From the NCBI RefSeq assembly GCF_001194135.2, contig NC_069001.1, positions 11,978,366-12,042,365 of the forward strand: a stretch of 64,000 nt of DNA, given 5' to 3'. The DNA comes from Octopus bimaculoides. Taxonomy: Eukaryota. Each line of letters begins with the position of its first letter. Positions within the stretch are counted from its first letter, which is position 1. Shown one piece after another: positions 14,401 through 28,323 of this stretch. The notes below the pieces were generated by a model, which was not told the DNA's origin, searched no databases, and worked only from the letters and a program-made list of their open reading frames with translations. Both the position numbers and the translations under genes were made by a program.

Positions 14401-14883
14401 TAATTTGTTCGGATCTCGAAGTTTCAGAAGGCAGAAGAGACTGAAACATCCAAATGAATTCAAAAAAAGTATGATTTATAGAGACAGCTGCATTTTTATT
14501 TTCTAGCACATGTAAACCACGATATCTAGGATTTTGTTTTGGTACTTCATTACAATCGCTACTGACTTTCGGTGGCCTCATATTTATTGGAGTCGAGCGA
14601 TATACATAGGTGATGCATGAATCATTATGAATTATAAAATCGTACATTACTCAAAACACAAATATGAGTTCTGGAAGTGAGATATCTAGCCAGGCTGAGA
14701 GACAAAAAAACAGCTGACCTATTTATTTAACTATAACTGTATATTTTGCCATAAATTCAGAGACTCCATTAAGAGAAAATCTTAATGCAGTTCTTAGTAT
14801 GTAGCAGTGTGTGTTCTGTATCAATGTAGTCGTTGCCCATTAACAAAAAAATTACTTTAAAAAAAAAAATCTAAAGTGTATTA

Positions 14884-14904
14884 ATAACAACAACAACAAC
14901 AACG

Positions 14905-14991
<87 letters not shown>

Positions 14992-14992
14992 T
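14884..14992. repeat. (AAC)n(AAT)n microsatellite
   Basis: Read directly from the sequence. Confidence 0.95.
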
Positions 14993-15203
14993 GATAATAC
15001 AGACCAATACCTAACAAAAACACCTGGACTTACAAGTATATATAACATACAGACAATTGCACTAATGGGCACTGCACACATCCTACGCAAAGCACTTTCG
15101 ATACAGTAACCATAAGAGCATCACAGCAAACCACAGCACATACCCAAGGCGCACAGAGCTGCGCCCGGTAGTGAAGTGAAAGCACGCTATAAAAATAAAA
15201 CTA

Positions 15204-15206
<3 letters not shown>
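14993..15206 (+). mobile_element. 3' tip of a REL-type non-LTR retrotransposon (R4/Dong-like)
   Basis: DNTDQYLTKTPGLTSIYNIQTIALMGTAHILRKALSIQ* (14993-15109) resembles the IQK..L.GTAHILR..L C-terminus of R4/Dong/NeSL-type proteins. A short 3'UTR with a GGCGCA/TGCGCC hairpin follows, then (AAT)n. Confidence 0.75.

Positions 15207-15287
<81 letters not shown>
15207..15287. repeat. (AAT)n microsatellite / retroelement tail
   Basis: Read directly from the sequence. Confidence 0.95.
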
Positions 15288-15293
<6 letters not shown>

Positions 15294-15954
15294 AGCAATA
15301 ACGATTCTAATAACTAATTGTAATAATAATATCTTACAACAACTGTAATAGTCAGAATCATGAAGATGAAGATGATGATGATGGTGATGGTCATGATGAT
15401 GAGGAAGCGATCGTTGATGATGATGATGACGAATCAAATATGATTCCCGTTTGTTTGGTTTTATTTGTAAAATAATAATATTACTTGATATAAAAAATGA
15501 ATTTTAAATATATACATAATATATTTTAAAAAAAACACGTGATATATCGACCAAAAAACAAAGATTAAAAACAGAAAACAAATAACAAAAACAAATTCGC
15601 AATCATTTATCCATCGACAAACGCATAAACCTACAAAATGGAGTTCGGTGGTGAGGGTCGTGACAGGAAGTGCATATTTTAAATCTATTTCTTTACATTT
15701 TCTTTTCTTTTTTTGTGTTTTAATATTTTAAAATAGAATTTAAGAATTTTGTTGCTTCAAAATATTGTTGCCATTAAAATATAACTCGAAAACTGTAACG
15801 ATCTCTAACTAATACAAGAACAAAACAAAAATCCCCTTGTTGTTGTAGCATCTAATGGTGTTGTTGTTGTTGTTGTTGTTGTTCTATATGTTCTTATTAT
15901 TATTGGTGTATGACTACTAGTGTTGTTATATTTTCATTGTTATATATTGCTGTT

Positions 15955-16620
<666 letters not shown>

Positions 16621-16811
16621 GATAAGTAGCGGTGTTGGTGGTGGTTGTTATAATGGTGGTGGCGTTTCCATTCCTGGTGCTGTTCTGTTTTACTTTAAAT
16701 ATATATATTTTTTTGTTGCACTCTACCGATTTTAAGTTTTATTTATATATCATACATGATGATATTGAAATTAGAGTTGATTTGTTTTTTATTTTTCGTT
16801 GTAGTAGACAT

Positions 16812-16877
16812 GTTTTTTCTAGTTGTTGCTGAGTTGTTTTTTCTAGTTGTTGCTGAGTTGTTTTTTCTAGTTGTTGT
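16812..16877. repeat. 24-bp tandem repeat, about 2.7 copies
   Basis: GTTTTTTCTAGTTGTTGCTGAGTT starts at 16812, 16836 and 16860. Confidence 0.9.
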
Positions 16878-17159
16878 CGTGTTGTTTCAGTAGCTGTTGT
16901 TGTCGTCGTTGTTTCTGGTTTAGAAATGGTGATTACTGTCGCCAGCTTCGTCTCAATTCTCTTCTGTTGTCTCTTCCCATTCTAGACTATGACGGGAAAT
17001 AGTATTCTTCATCCAACGAGCGTCACAGTTACGACTACCACCACCACCACTACCAGCGACTTTGCTATCATTCCTACCATGGCTGTAACCTTCACCGCCA
17101 ACGCAGTTGCTTAAACAATTACCAGCATCACATCTTACCCCCACCATTTCCATCAAGAA

Positions 17160-17692
17160 AAATCGTCCACATCACAACCAACATCATCACCACTACCAAC
17201 CTCATCAACATCGTTATCATCAATACCATGTCCTTCATTTCTTTTATTATAAACATTGCCATCTTTCAATAGAAATAATAACAATCTACATCATCATTGT
17301 CACCATCGCCATCATCATGATCGTCAGCAGCATCAGTGGCAGCAGCAGCAGCCCCAGAAGCAATATTATGTTCTTCATTGTCCTAATCTTCTTCTCAACA
17401 TCGTCATCTTTATTGTCAAAATATCACAACAAACGCTATCGTTATTCATTACGACCACAACAGTCATTATCGCCATCATAATTATCGTCGACATCATTAT
17501 CATCATAACCCTAATCATCATCGTCGTCGTCATCATAATAATAATAATAATAATCATCATCATCATCAGTATCATCTTCATCATCATCATCATCAGTATC
17601 ATCTTCATCATCATCATCATCATCAGTATCATTATCATCATCATCATCATCATCATCATCACCATCAGTATCATCTTCATCAGTATCATCAT

Positions 17693-17732
<40 letters not shown>

Positions 17733-18307
17733 GTCGTCGTCGTCATCATCATCGTCGTCATCATCATCATCATCATCATCAACAACAGCATCATCACCAC
17801 CACTACCATCAACGTCTTCGACAACATCACCATCTACATCATTACGTCCATCAAACGTCATTGTCTTCACTATTGTCACGCCACTCCTTCTTCTCCTCCT
17901 TCTGCTCCTGTTCCTGCTTCTTCTCCTCCTCCTCCTCATCATGATCGTCTATCGTCTACCTCCTCGTCATCTTTATCTTCATCATCATCATCAAATTCAT
18001 CATCAGCAGCAGAAGCAACAAGAACAACAAATACAGCAAACATTAGAAGAACATTGCCATCATCGGTTTCTGCTTATAATAAGAAGAACAGCAACATCAA
18101 CAACAACAACGAAGACGACGAGGACAGTAGTCAGAATGGTGATGATGATGATGATGATGATGAAGTCGATGATGATGATGCTGAGGGGATGATGATGATG
18201 ATGATAACGATGATGATGATCAAGTCGATGAAGATGATGTGTTCATCACCATCTTCATCATCATCATCATCATCATCATAATAATAATAATCATCATGAT
18301 CAACATA

Positions 18308-18344
<37 letters not shown>

Positions 18345-18474
18345 CCATCATCTTATCATCATCATTATGATCATGATCATTATCCTCATCATCATGATCA
18401 TCACCATTATCATATTCATCATCATCATCATCAACATCATTATACTCATCATTATTATCATGATTGTCATCATT

Positions 18475-18517
<43 letters not shown>

Positions 18518-18720
18518 CCATCATCATCACTACCAACGTCATTTTCATCATCATTATCATCACCACCATCATCATCAACTTCGCCACCATTGTCATCATC
18601 ATCACCACTATCAACATCATCATTATCATCATCATCATAATCATCATCATTATTATCATCATCATTACCACCACCATCTGCACGACCAACACCACCACTG
18701 TCACCACTTCACCTCCCCGT
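17160..18720. repeat. Large (ATC/CAT)n cryptic-simplicity array with an internal (GAT)n block
   Basis: Read directly. The (GAT)n block at about 18135-18240 is the reverse complement of its flanks. Confidence 0.95.
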
Positions 18721-19139
18721 CCGCATCCCCCACTCCTCAATATTTAACATTCGCTTTGAAGTGATTTTCATGAGAGTAACACGCCATACATTTCGTTACA
18801 ATTCGAGAAACATAACGGTCATTAAATAATAAGAAAAACAAAAACGAAAACCAAAAAAAAAAAAAAAGATTTTTGAAACATAAAAAAAAAATAATATAAA
18901 CAAATCCAAATAATAATAAAACAAAATAAGCAAAAAAAAAAATAAATAATTAGAATTTAAAAATTTAACAAAGGGAAAATTCGCAACCCGCTTTAATGAA
19001 TTCAATTTGTCATCATTCTTTTGTAATATTATATTTTTTTAAACTAATAATAATACTAATAAAAAGAACTAACACCAACAGCCAACACTGACAACAACTA
19101 TAACAAGAACCACAACGCCAGGAACAACAAAAACAATAT

Positions 19140-19171
19140 TATTATCACTATTATTATTATTATCATCATCA

Positions 19172-19247
<76 letters not shown>

Positions 19248-19261
19248 TATTATTATTATTA

Positions 19262-19302
<41 letters not shown>

Positions 19303-19319
19303 GTTATTATTATTATTAA

Positions 19320-19364
<45 letters not shown>

Positions 19365-19470
19365 CATCATCATCATCATCATCATGATCATTATTATTAT
19401 TATTATTATTATCAACATTATCTATCATCATCGTCATCATTATCATTATTATTGTTATTGTGGTTATTAA
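19140..19470. repeat. (ATT)n/(ATC)n compound microsatellite
   Basis: Read directly from the sequence. Confidence 0.95.
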
Positions 19471-19596
19471 CATCGTCATTATATGTATCGCGTTTAATGT
19501 TAATTTTTGCGGCCTCTTGCGCCACACTATTTTGTGTTTCTAAGCTCTGAAACAGAATGGTTTTCCTATTAATTTCTACTAGAAATTATATCATAC

Positions 19597-19716
19597 ATAT
19601 GTGGCACTGTTTGATGACTGTAGGCTATTTGTTTCTTGTGCCTGTTGGTATCTTGAGTTGTAGTACTGCTCTGGTTCCAAACTAGTAGTTATTTTGCATG
19701 CCACGGAATCAAATCT
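19597..19716 (-). CDS. Candidate coding exon (RFDSVACKITTSLEPEQYYNSRYQQAQETNSLQSSNSATY), product unknown
   Basis: AG acceptor and GTATGA donor; 120 nt; only phase 0 is open; non-repetitive. The polypyrimidine tract is weak. Confidence 0.2.
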
Positions 19717-21552
19717 CTAAGACCACCGCTAACAACACCGCTAAGAACACCACGACCACCACCACTCGCTCTCCGATTTAGAGAAGATGAAGGCCTCAAC
19801 TTTTCTGCTTTTTATCTGCTTAATATCCTGCATCCTGATAAATACGAAGGCATACTTATACACAGACACACACACAAACACTGCTTTTGTAGATTTGGTA
19901 TCTGTTATTTCTAATATTGGTTTATTAATATTCAGTTTGACTAAATATGTATATATATACGTCTATATATGTACATAATTGTATATATAACAATAAGAAA
20001 ATGGAGGGGAATATGTGGTACTCATCAACTTGCAGACATTGTATTATGTCAATTTAACTGTTTATGTTTCAACTAACAGGACAGGGCAATAAAAAACAAT
20101 ATACAAACACATATGACATATTATGTCATATAAGTAATAAAAATTAAAAAGGACATCTAGTGACCGAAGAAGGGACAATGTCTTACAGCTGTTTCAGACT
20201 AGGGGTGACATGCCTCATTCTATCTATATAACTCCAGTAAGCTGGAGTAATTGATACATGAAATGGCTGAAAATAGAGGTACATGTATGGTTCTCTAGGC
20301 CTCTTCAGAGAATTACAAAGCTCATGGAGTTATATTGGATAGATATTAATTCCTTAGTGGGTTGGATTCACAACCCCTAACTTTCTTGGATTATAATTGT
20401 GTATATATATATATATATATNNNNNNNNNNNNNNNNNNNNNNNNNNNNNNNNNNNNNNNNNNNNNNNNNNNNNNNNNNNNNNNNNNNNNNNNNNNNNNNN
20501 NNNNNNNNNNNNNNNNNNNNNNNNNNNNNNNNNNNNNNNNNNNNNNNNNNNNNNNNNNNNNNNNNNNNNNNNNNNNNNNNNNNNNNNNNNNNNNNNNNNN
20601 NNNNNNNNNNNNNNNNNNNNNNNNNNNNNNNNNNNNNNNNNNNNNNNNNNNNNNNNNNNNNNNNNNNNNNNNNNNNNNNNNNNNNNNNNNNNNNNNNNNN
20701 NNNNNNNNNNNNNNNNNNNNNNNNNNNNNNNNNNNNNNNNNNNNNNNNNNNNNNNNNNNNNNNNNNNNNNNNNNNNNNNNNNNNNNNNNNNNNNNNNNNN
20801 NNNNNNNNNNNNNNNNNNNNNNNNNNNNNNNNNNNNNNNNNNNNNNNNNNNNNNNNNNNNNNNNNNNNNATATATATATATATATATATATATAACTATT
20901 TTATACTACACTGTATCATACTCCTCTATTATACACCACAACATGCTGATTCGAATAAATAGTATAACATACGAGCAGATGAAATATACTTCTCTCCAGA
21001 AACGTCTTTAATTAGCTCTATTCAGATATTTAAAGAAGACCCTGGGGCGTGGGAGTGGAGAACACCAAAGCTGGGTCATGCGAATCTGAATGAGATTTAG
21101 AGTCTAATTAATGGTTACTATGGATCATGTGAGTTTGATCTGAAAGTTCAAGGTTGGCTATTTTAAATTTCTTACATATTAATGCGCATACGTATAATTA
21201 TACAAATTAAACAAATATAAATGTTGTGGTTTACTGCCTAAATATATATACAAAGGCATGTGAACGTGTGTGTGGATACTTGGAACTATATATTTTCAGA
21301 ATATTCTTTGAAAATACAAATTGGAATATACGTTACTTTATTGGTACTGAAATAATTGTAGATCTATATATAAGACATATAAGAAATTTACATTCGTAAA
21401 AGTACATGTAACTGCAGCACTTAAATATAAGCACACTTGCTATAGCATTTTGCGCTTCCATATATATATTTATACACATATTTATACGCATAGAAAGTAT
21501 TTACAAAGAAGTATTTACATTCATCAAGATGTCTATATCCTTATCTCTATCC

Positions 21553-21602
<50 letters not shown>

Positions 21603-22424
21603 TTATCTATCCATCTATCTATCTATCTAGCTAGCTAGCTAGCTATCGATCTAAGATAGTTTAAGCTAGTTTAAGCGGCCATCAAGTAAAATTTGTTCAT
21701 TACTACTGGTGCTCCTCTCCTTCGAGGAATTTAGAAAGCATAATCTTCTCGCCCTTGAAATCAGGAAAGCTTCCAACTGTGCCAGACACTTAAATACGTA
21801 TCCTCTAAGTCTCACATACACAACTTTTGGTTGCAGAGGAGATATGAGAGAACGTGGGGAGTATATAACTTGTGAGGATTGGGAAGCTGTGAGATGCTGG
21901 TAAATTGTGGATGAGAGGTATGTGCAATAGCAATCAATCATGAAAAGGATTAATCGAGTCGAAAAGGTGGTATTAGTGGCGGGAGTAAGTTGCTAGAAAA
22001 ACCTAGGTTAATTGTAAGTAAGGATAATCATACAAGATTACATAGACCTAATAAAAAGAGCAAATGACGAGTTAATCTGTGTTTACAAGAAAGTATTACA
22101 TCCGAGGCCCGAGAAGCTTATAACACTTTACTTCTGCACTTTTAAATTTCTCGTTTGTACTTCGTGTAAATTTGATCTGTTAGTATATATATCTATATAT
22201 TTATACTTAAACATTCATCATTATAAAATCTTCAGTTTGTGCCTTCACACTTGCATGTATACTTTCTGCATGCTGTCTGTCTTGCATGCATACATATATG
22301 CATATTTTGTATATCGAACCGAGCCTGTTGTATTGGATTTGTTTATCCGATTAATTACCTCTGTGTGTGTGTGCGTGTGCATGTGTGTGAGTGCGTGTGT
22401 GTGTGTGTGTTGTTCATGTGTACA

Positions 22425-22615
22425 AAGACAAGAGACAGAAACAAAGGATGGGACAAAAGGCAAGATGAATTAGTTTGACGCTCAAGAAAAAATGGAAATG
22501 TCTTTGACTTTTGGAACCTAAGCTCTTCAACAAAAAAGAATGAGGAAAGAAAATGGAGTCAGAAAAATAAAAGGACAGAGAAAAGAAAAACGTGTCTGGA
22601 TTAACGATTCCACAA
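22425..22615. mobile_element. Dispersed Penelope-type terminal repeat, degenerate copy
   Basis: ATTAGTTTGACGCTC...GTCTTTGACTTTTGGAACCTAAGCTCTTCAACA aligns with 49689-49750. Confidence 0.65.
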
Positions 22616-23090
22616 TCCATATATGTATATCCTATCCGCAATCCAGTATATTGCAATATCTTAGGGGAAGCACACATGAATTTAGCCAATGAATTTGGCT
22701 AATTCTGTCGTCTATGTCTATGTGCATTGAGTTCTCTTTCATCTAACGCAGGGTAACATGTGCTGAGGAATAGACTTTATATAATATGTATAAAGATATA
22801 TGAAACACACAGACACATGTGTCTTCATGTATATGTCTTCATGTATATCATGTAGGCGCCCATGTGTATGGCACTATATATCTAAAGATATATATGTGCG
22901 TGTGTTTATATTTATGTGTGTAGATTTATGTCAAGTAAGTTCATAATCCAGCAGCATTTCAATTCGTTCTTTTCATATATATCTGAAATAACACATCCAT
23001 TCTTATATTTTTCTGTCAATATATGAATTTATTTGTCTCTTTATTTTCATATATATATCTATCAATCTATCCTTTCATTTATCTATTATC

Positions 23091-23177
<87 letters not shown>

Positions 23178-23606
23178 CTACCTATCTATTTGTCTGTTTG
23201 TCTATTTACCTTATTGCATATTTATCAACTTATCTATCTACCTATCTATCTAGTTCACTATCTTCTACACAGCCTATGTATCTGCCATCATAACTTCCAT
23301 TCCCTTTCTTTCTTTCTTTCTTTCTTTCTAACTTCCTTTCTTTGAAGGGGTCCGTTAGCAACCTCATTTCCAAACATCAATGAAACGATATCGTTTGATA
23401 TCATTGCGTGTTAATGAAATCATGTAACATGGCGGCTCTGTGGTGTGATAGGATATCAGATAAAATCCAATATAGCAAAATGTTATCATATAATGTAATA
23501 AATGACTACGTTATATCTCTGTGACTATAAAATAAACCAAGCCAGTCCAACATTAGCACATAAAGATCTAATATCACATAGCAAACATTTAAAGGATATT
23601 TCTTAC

Positions 23607-23654
23607 AGATAACGTTAGATACTGCTCCACTCTCCTAGCACGAGACTCAAACAA
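23607..23654 (-). CDS. Candidate 48-nt coding exon (LFESRARRVEQYLTLS), product unknown
   Basis: CGCAG acceptor and GTAAGA donor. Only phase 0 is open, which is compatible with the candidate exon at 47728-47824. Confidence 0.25.
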
Positions 23655-24228
23655 CTGCGTTGGAGTTGATATCGAAACTTGATTATTTCTGTTACCAATC
23701 AGAGTACCATAGATAGTCACGTGTTGCAGGATTTCTACTTGCAACTCAAATGAAAATAAAAATAAAAATTTTAGGGAATTTTTACCCTATAAATGGAGAT
23801 AAACTTTTTCTTGTGATCATATTTTACGTTCTTCGGAGTCGTTTTCGCTCTAGCAGAATATATTTAAACAGAAATGAGCTAAGAAAAATGATTCAGAGCT
23901 GTCAGTGGTCTGTATTTCAACGACGTAGACAAATACAATACAGCATATATCCATAGTCTTTTTAAAACACCCCTCCACTTCAAGTGGATGTGTCATCATT
24001 ACCAAGTAGTTATACAGACCAGCCCATTTGTGAAGGGGAAACAATTTCATGAAGCTAGAATTCTCCAAAGCTGATATGCTATTAAATGAAAGAGAGGCAT
24101 ATTGTCAGGAGATAACATGGCAATCGTAAACATGTGTTTCTTGCTAAAAAGTCACCAGCAACTTGATAACGGTCAAACCTTATCCCCGGTAGCCATTGTA
24201 TAAAAGAAAATTACTAACGCCCCTTTAT

Positions 24229-24423
24229 GGCCGAGATAATTCGCAAAATTTAACGGTATTTCGTCTGTCTTTACGTTCTGAGTTCAAATTCCGCCGAGGT
24301 CGACGTTGACTTTCATCCTTTCGCAGTCGATAAATTAAGTACCAGTTCCGTACTGGCGCCTATCTCATCGAGTGCCCCCCCTCCTCCGAAATTTCGGGCC
24401 TTGTGTCTAGCGTAGAAAAGAAT
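24229..24423 (+). mobile_element. SINE family B
   Basis: GAGTTCAAATTCCGCCGAGGTCGACGTTGACTTTCATCCTTTCGCAGTCGATAAATTAAGTACCAG. Confidence 0.85.
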
Positions 24424-24534
24424 GTATTATCATCTGAATTACGCAAACAGTAATATAGCACTGACATCACATTTTAGCAGATATATTTACCAAAATTACA
24501 TAAAAATATCTTGAAATATTAAAAAGTAAGTTTA

Positions 24535-25175
24535 TTGAATAATTATCATTGGCTTCAACCACGACTTCGGAAATTCCTGCAACGCTTCTGAATGGCCTCC
24601 TTGTTTAAGTTGTTGAGTGCTGCCATATTCCATGCCTTCTATTCATCTTTGGTATTACAAGGCGATTTGTTGGTCTCTCGCTCAACTGTGCCCCAATCAT
24701 CATAATAATCAAGCGGGTTGCAGTCTGAAGTGACATGCGGCCAGCTGTTAGAAGTCATGTGGTCACAGGACTTGTCTGACAACCATGACTGGGTCTTCCT
24801 GATTCTGTGGCATGGTGCAGAGTCTTGTTGCCAGACATAGGGTCCTCCAGAAGCCCCCTCTTGACCAAGGGCAGCACTACCTCCTCCAGGCACTTATTGT
24901 AAGACTCCGTGATTAATTTCAAGCCGTGTGGATAGTTGAATGGAGGTATAACGTGGCCGTCACTAGTGATCACTCCAAACACGATAATGTTGACTGGATG
25001 TTTGATTTTTATCACTCCCGGTACTGTCCTCAGATTAACACGCACACACTAAAATGTTCGTACTTGAGCTTCCAGTGCGAATGCCAAGCAGTGCAGTATG
25101 TACTTTCTGAATTTCTGGCAGAATGGAATGCGTTATGGTGCTGTTTTTGTCACAGACGATGCTAAATTGACCCTA
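24535..25175 (-). mobile_element. maT/DD37D transposon remnant
   Basis: KHPVNIIVFGVITSDGHVIPPF, then WQQDSAPCH...SDCNPLDY with 37 residues counted between the two Asp, then a C-terminus like LNKEAIQK.C..F..VVEAN. Frameshifted. Confidence 0.9.
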
Positions 25176-25388
25176 CATTATCGTGTAGTCGAAAAATCAA
25201 AATCAAACACCTCATGTGCGAAATTAGAATTATAAAATGGTGAGAATGTACCCATCGCAGTCTGTAGTGAATTATATGTATATATATATATGTGTGTGTG
25301 TGTGTGTATGTATATACATATATAAAGAGAGGCAGAGAGACAGACATATGGACGGACGGACGGATGGACAGACAAATAGATAGACAGG

Positions 25389-25444
<56 letters not shown>

Positions 25445-25879
25445 CTGAGAATAATAGAACATTCTTCTGCGTGTGGAGATATTCCAGTTTCGTGCATTGT
25501 AGCATTTGTGTATTCATTATTACAATCGGAGTGACCGTAGGTAATTTCACATCGACGGACAAAACCAAAGAACATTTTGACGATGCTACAAGAAATTAAA
25601 AATAAAATTCTCTGATTGGTCTTAACCTACATGGCTCTGCCAATGTAGCAATTACAACGAAATACTTAAGAAATATAAAAATGAAGAAACATTTCTTGCA
25701 ATAGCCGTATACAAATAAAGTGGTATCATGATTACAATAGCAATAGGTAAATTACTAGGCTAATGTATTATTATCTGCTACTGCTGACAGAGATATCCTC
25801 TGAAAGATTACACATAAAAGTAAACACAAGCATTTGCATATTACAAACAACAGACCAGAAACATATGTACATATATGCT

Positions 25880-25918
<39 letters not shown>

Positions 25919-26221
25919 TCATATATGTGTGTTTATATATATATGTATATATATATATGTATATGTATATGTATATGTATACGTATGTATAGTTATTCAT
26001 AATTCAGTATATTTATATGAAAATATATATATACATGTAAATGTATTCTCATGGGCATCTTTCACTGTATATATATATATGTATATATATATGTGTATAT
26101 ATATATATATATATATNNNNNNNNNNNNNNNNNNNNNNNNNNNNNNNNNNNNNNNNNNNNNNNNNNNNNNNNNNNNNNNNNNNNNNNNNNNNNNNNNNNN
26201 NNNNNNNNNNNNNNNNNNNNN

Positions 26222-26257
<36 letters not shown>

Positions 26258-28009
26258 GTATGTATGTATGTATGTATTATTCGGACAGTTTGTCATTTTG
26301 TTGACTTAGAAAATTCACATATATGTAGAGGGGTGTGTATACACGCAAACGTTTATGTGTAACTGTGTATGACTTCGTTTAAGTTTTTTTTTTTGTGCAA
26401 GTATATGTACGCACTTACGTATGTATATATTGTATTTTATGTCCTTGTGGTCCAATCAAAATGAGCGAATAAATGAAATAGATTAACCGTAATTATCCGA
26501 ACACAAGTAATTGCCAGCGGCCATCTCATAATTCTGTTCCTTAACCGTTAAGTATGCACTTAAATCAACAGTCAATTTATGCCAGTCTTTCATCTATTTC
26601 TCTCTATCACTTTATCTATTTCTTCTTTTCCATTTCAATATCTTTGTCGTTTTATTGCTCTGCATATTTCTCTCTCTGTTTATCTATCTGTCTTCTCTAT
26701 GTCTTCCCTACGTCTCATTATTTTCTCCAACTCATTCACTGTTGTTGAAAAATTTTAAAATTAAAACGATAAGTATATCAACAAGATGATAATACAAGAA
26801 ACACAGCAACAACAGCAAAACGACAGTATTAACAACAATAAAATCTGAAATATTTTATACCCCGAGGGAAAAGCTTAGTTGTCGGTTGTAAGTAATTGAA
26901 GCAAACAAAATCATGGACACCTATATTATTATATAAAACAACAAGAACGTTTTATATTTTAAATTTTCTGATGATCAATTTGAAATTTATGTACAACGAG
27001 AAAGAAATTCTTCAATTAGTCCTTCTAGAAATTTATGTGTTCACATTTGTTTGCGAGTGTTCGTATTGTGTGTGGGTGTGGAGACATGCATATGTGTGCG
27101 TGTTTTATGCGTGTGTTTGTATGTATGAGTGGCTGTGTACATGTGTATTGTGTGTATGTGCATGTCGGTGTGACAGAGGGAGGGCGTGTGTGTGTGTGTG
27201 TGTTTGTGTGTGTGTACTTCCTAACTGCTTAAATTTTTTTTCTGTCCACTTTTCTCTCTGTCTGCTTCTCTATATAGAACGTTAATAGAAAGAAACACAT
27301 ATACACAAGCCAACACACAGGGACACACACGCACACACACGAACATAACCACGTCTCTACACATACACAAACAAGAACTATATATATGCATCTATATATA
27401 TACATGAGCTTTTGTGCATTCGTGCATCTGTGTATATATATATATATATATATNNNNNNNNNNNNNNNNNNNNNNNNNNNNNNNNNNNNNNNNNNNNNNN
27501 NNNNNNNNNNNNNNNNNNNNNNNNNNNNNNNNNNNNNNNNNNNNNNNNNNNNNNNNNNNNNNNNNNNNNNNNNNNNNNNNNNNNNNNNNNNNNNNNNNNN
27601 NNNNNNNNNNNNNNNNNNNNNNNNNNNNNNNNNNNNNNNNNNNNNNNNNNNNNNNNNNNNNNNNNNNNNNNNNNNNNNNNNNNNNNNNNNNNNNNNNNNN
27701 NNNNNNNNNNNNNNNNNNNNNNNNNNNNNNNNNNNNNNNNNNNNNNNNNNNNNNNNNNNNNNNNNNNNNNNNNNNNNNNNNNNNNNNNNNNNNNNNNNNN
27801 NNNNNNNNNNNNNNNNNNNNNNNNNNNNNNNNNNNNNNNNNNNNNNNNNNNNNNNNNNNNNNNNNNNNNNNNNNNNNNNNNNNNNNNNNNNNNNNNNNNN
27901 NNNNNNNNNNNNNNNNNNNATATATATATATATATATAATATCTATTTATATATTCATTTGATATATTTGAAAACGTGATGCAGCCATTAAATTATGTTG
28001 CTATGTTAC

Positions 28010-28239
28010 CATGTGGCTTATTCTTTGTAAGGATTTTATTTGGATTGGACTCTTGTAGTCGCTTTTGTTCTTATCATGGTTGCCTTTTGTAGTTGTAGTA
28101 GTACTAGCGCTATCTGAAATAGGAATTTTGTTTTGGAAAATGTTGCTGGTAGGTGTACGAGTGCTTGTGTTACTAACAACAGTAATATCACTGGCGATTG
28201 TAGTTGCGGTGGCAATGAGTGTAGTCATGGTGATACTGT
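28010..28239 (-). CDS. Candidate Ser/Thr-rich (mucin-like) exon
   Basis: CGCAG acceptor and ATG|GTAACA donor; 230 nt; only phase 1 is open (DSITMTTLIATATTIASDITVVSNTSTRTPTS...QRISHM). It could instead be cryptic ACT/ACA simplicity. Confidence 0.2.
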
Positions 28240-28323
28240 CTGCGGTGTATGTATACATATGTAAAATTATACATATATATATATATTATTATAAAAATAT
28301 AAACTGTGGTAGCGTAATATATA

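Noticed and set aside
21836-21898. Plus-strand 63-nt exon-like segment (GDMRERGEYITCEDWEAVRC)
   Set aside because: Moderate splice sites and no compatible neighbouring exon or recognisable motif.
23680-23730. CCAAT and CACGTG motifs
   Set aside because: Short motifs expected by chance; no other promoter evidence.
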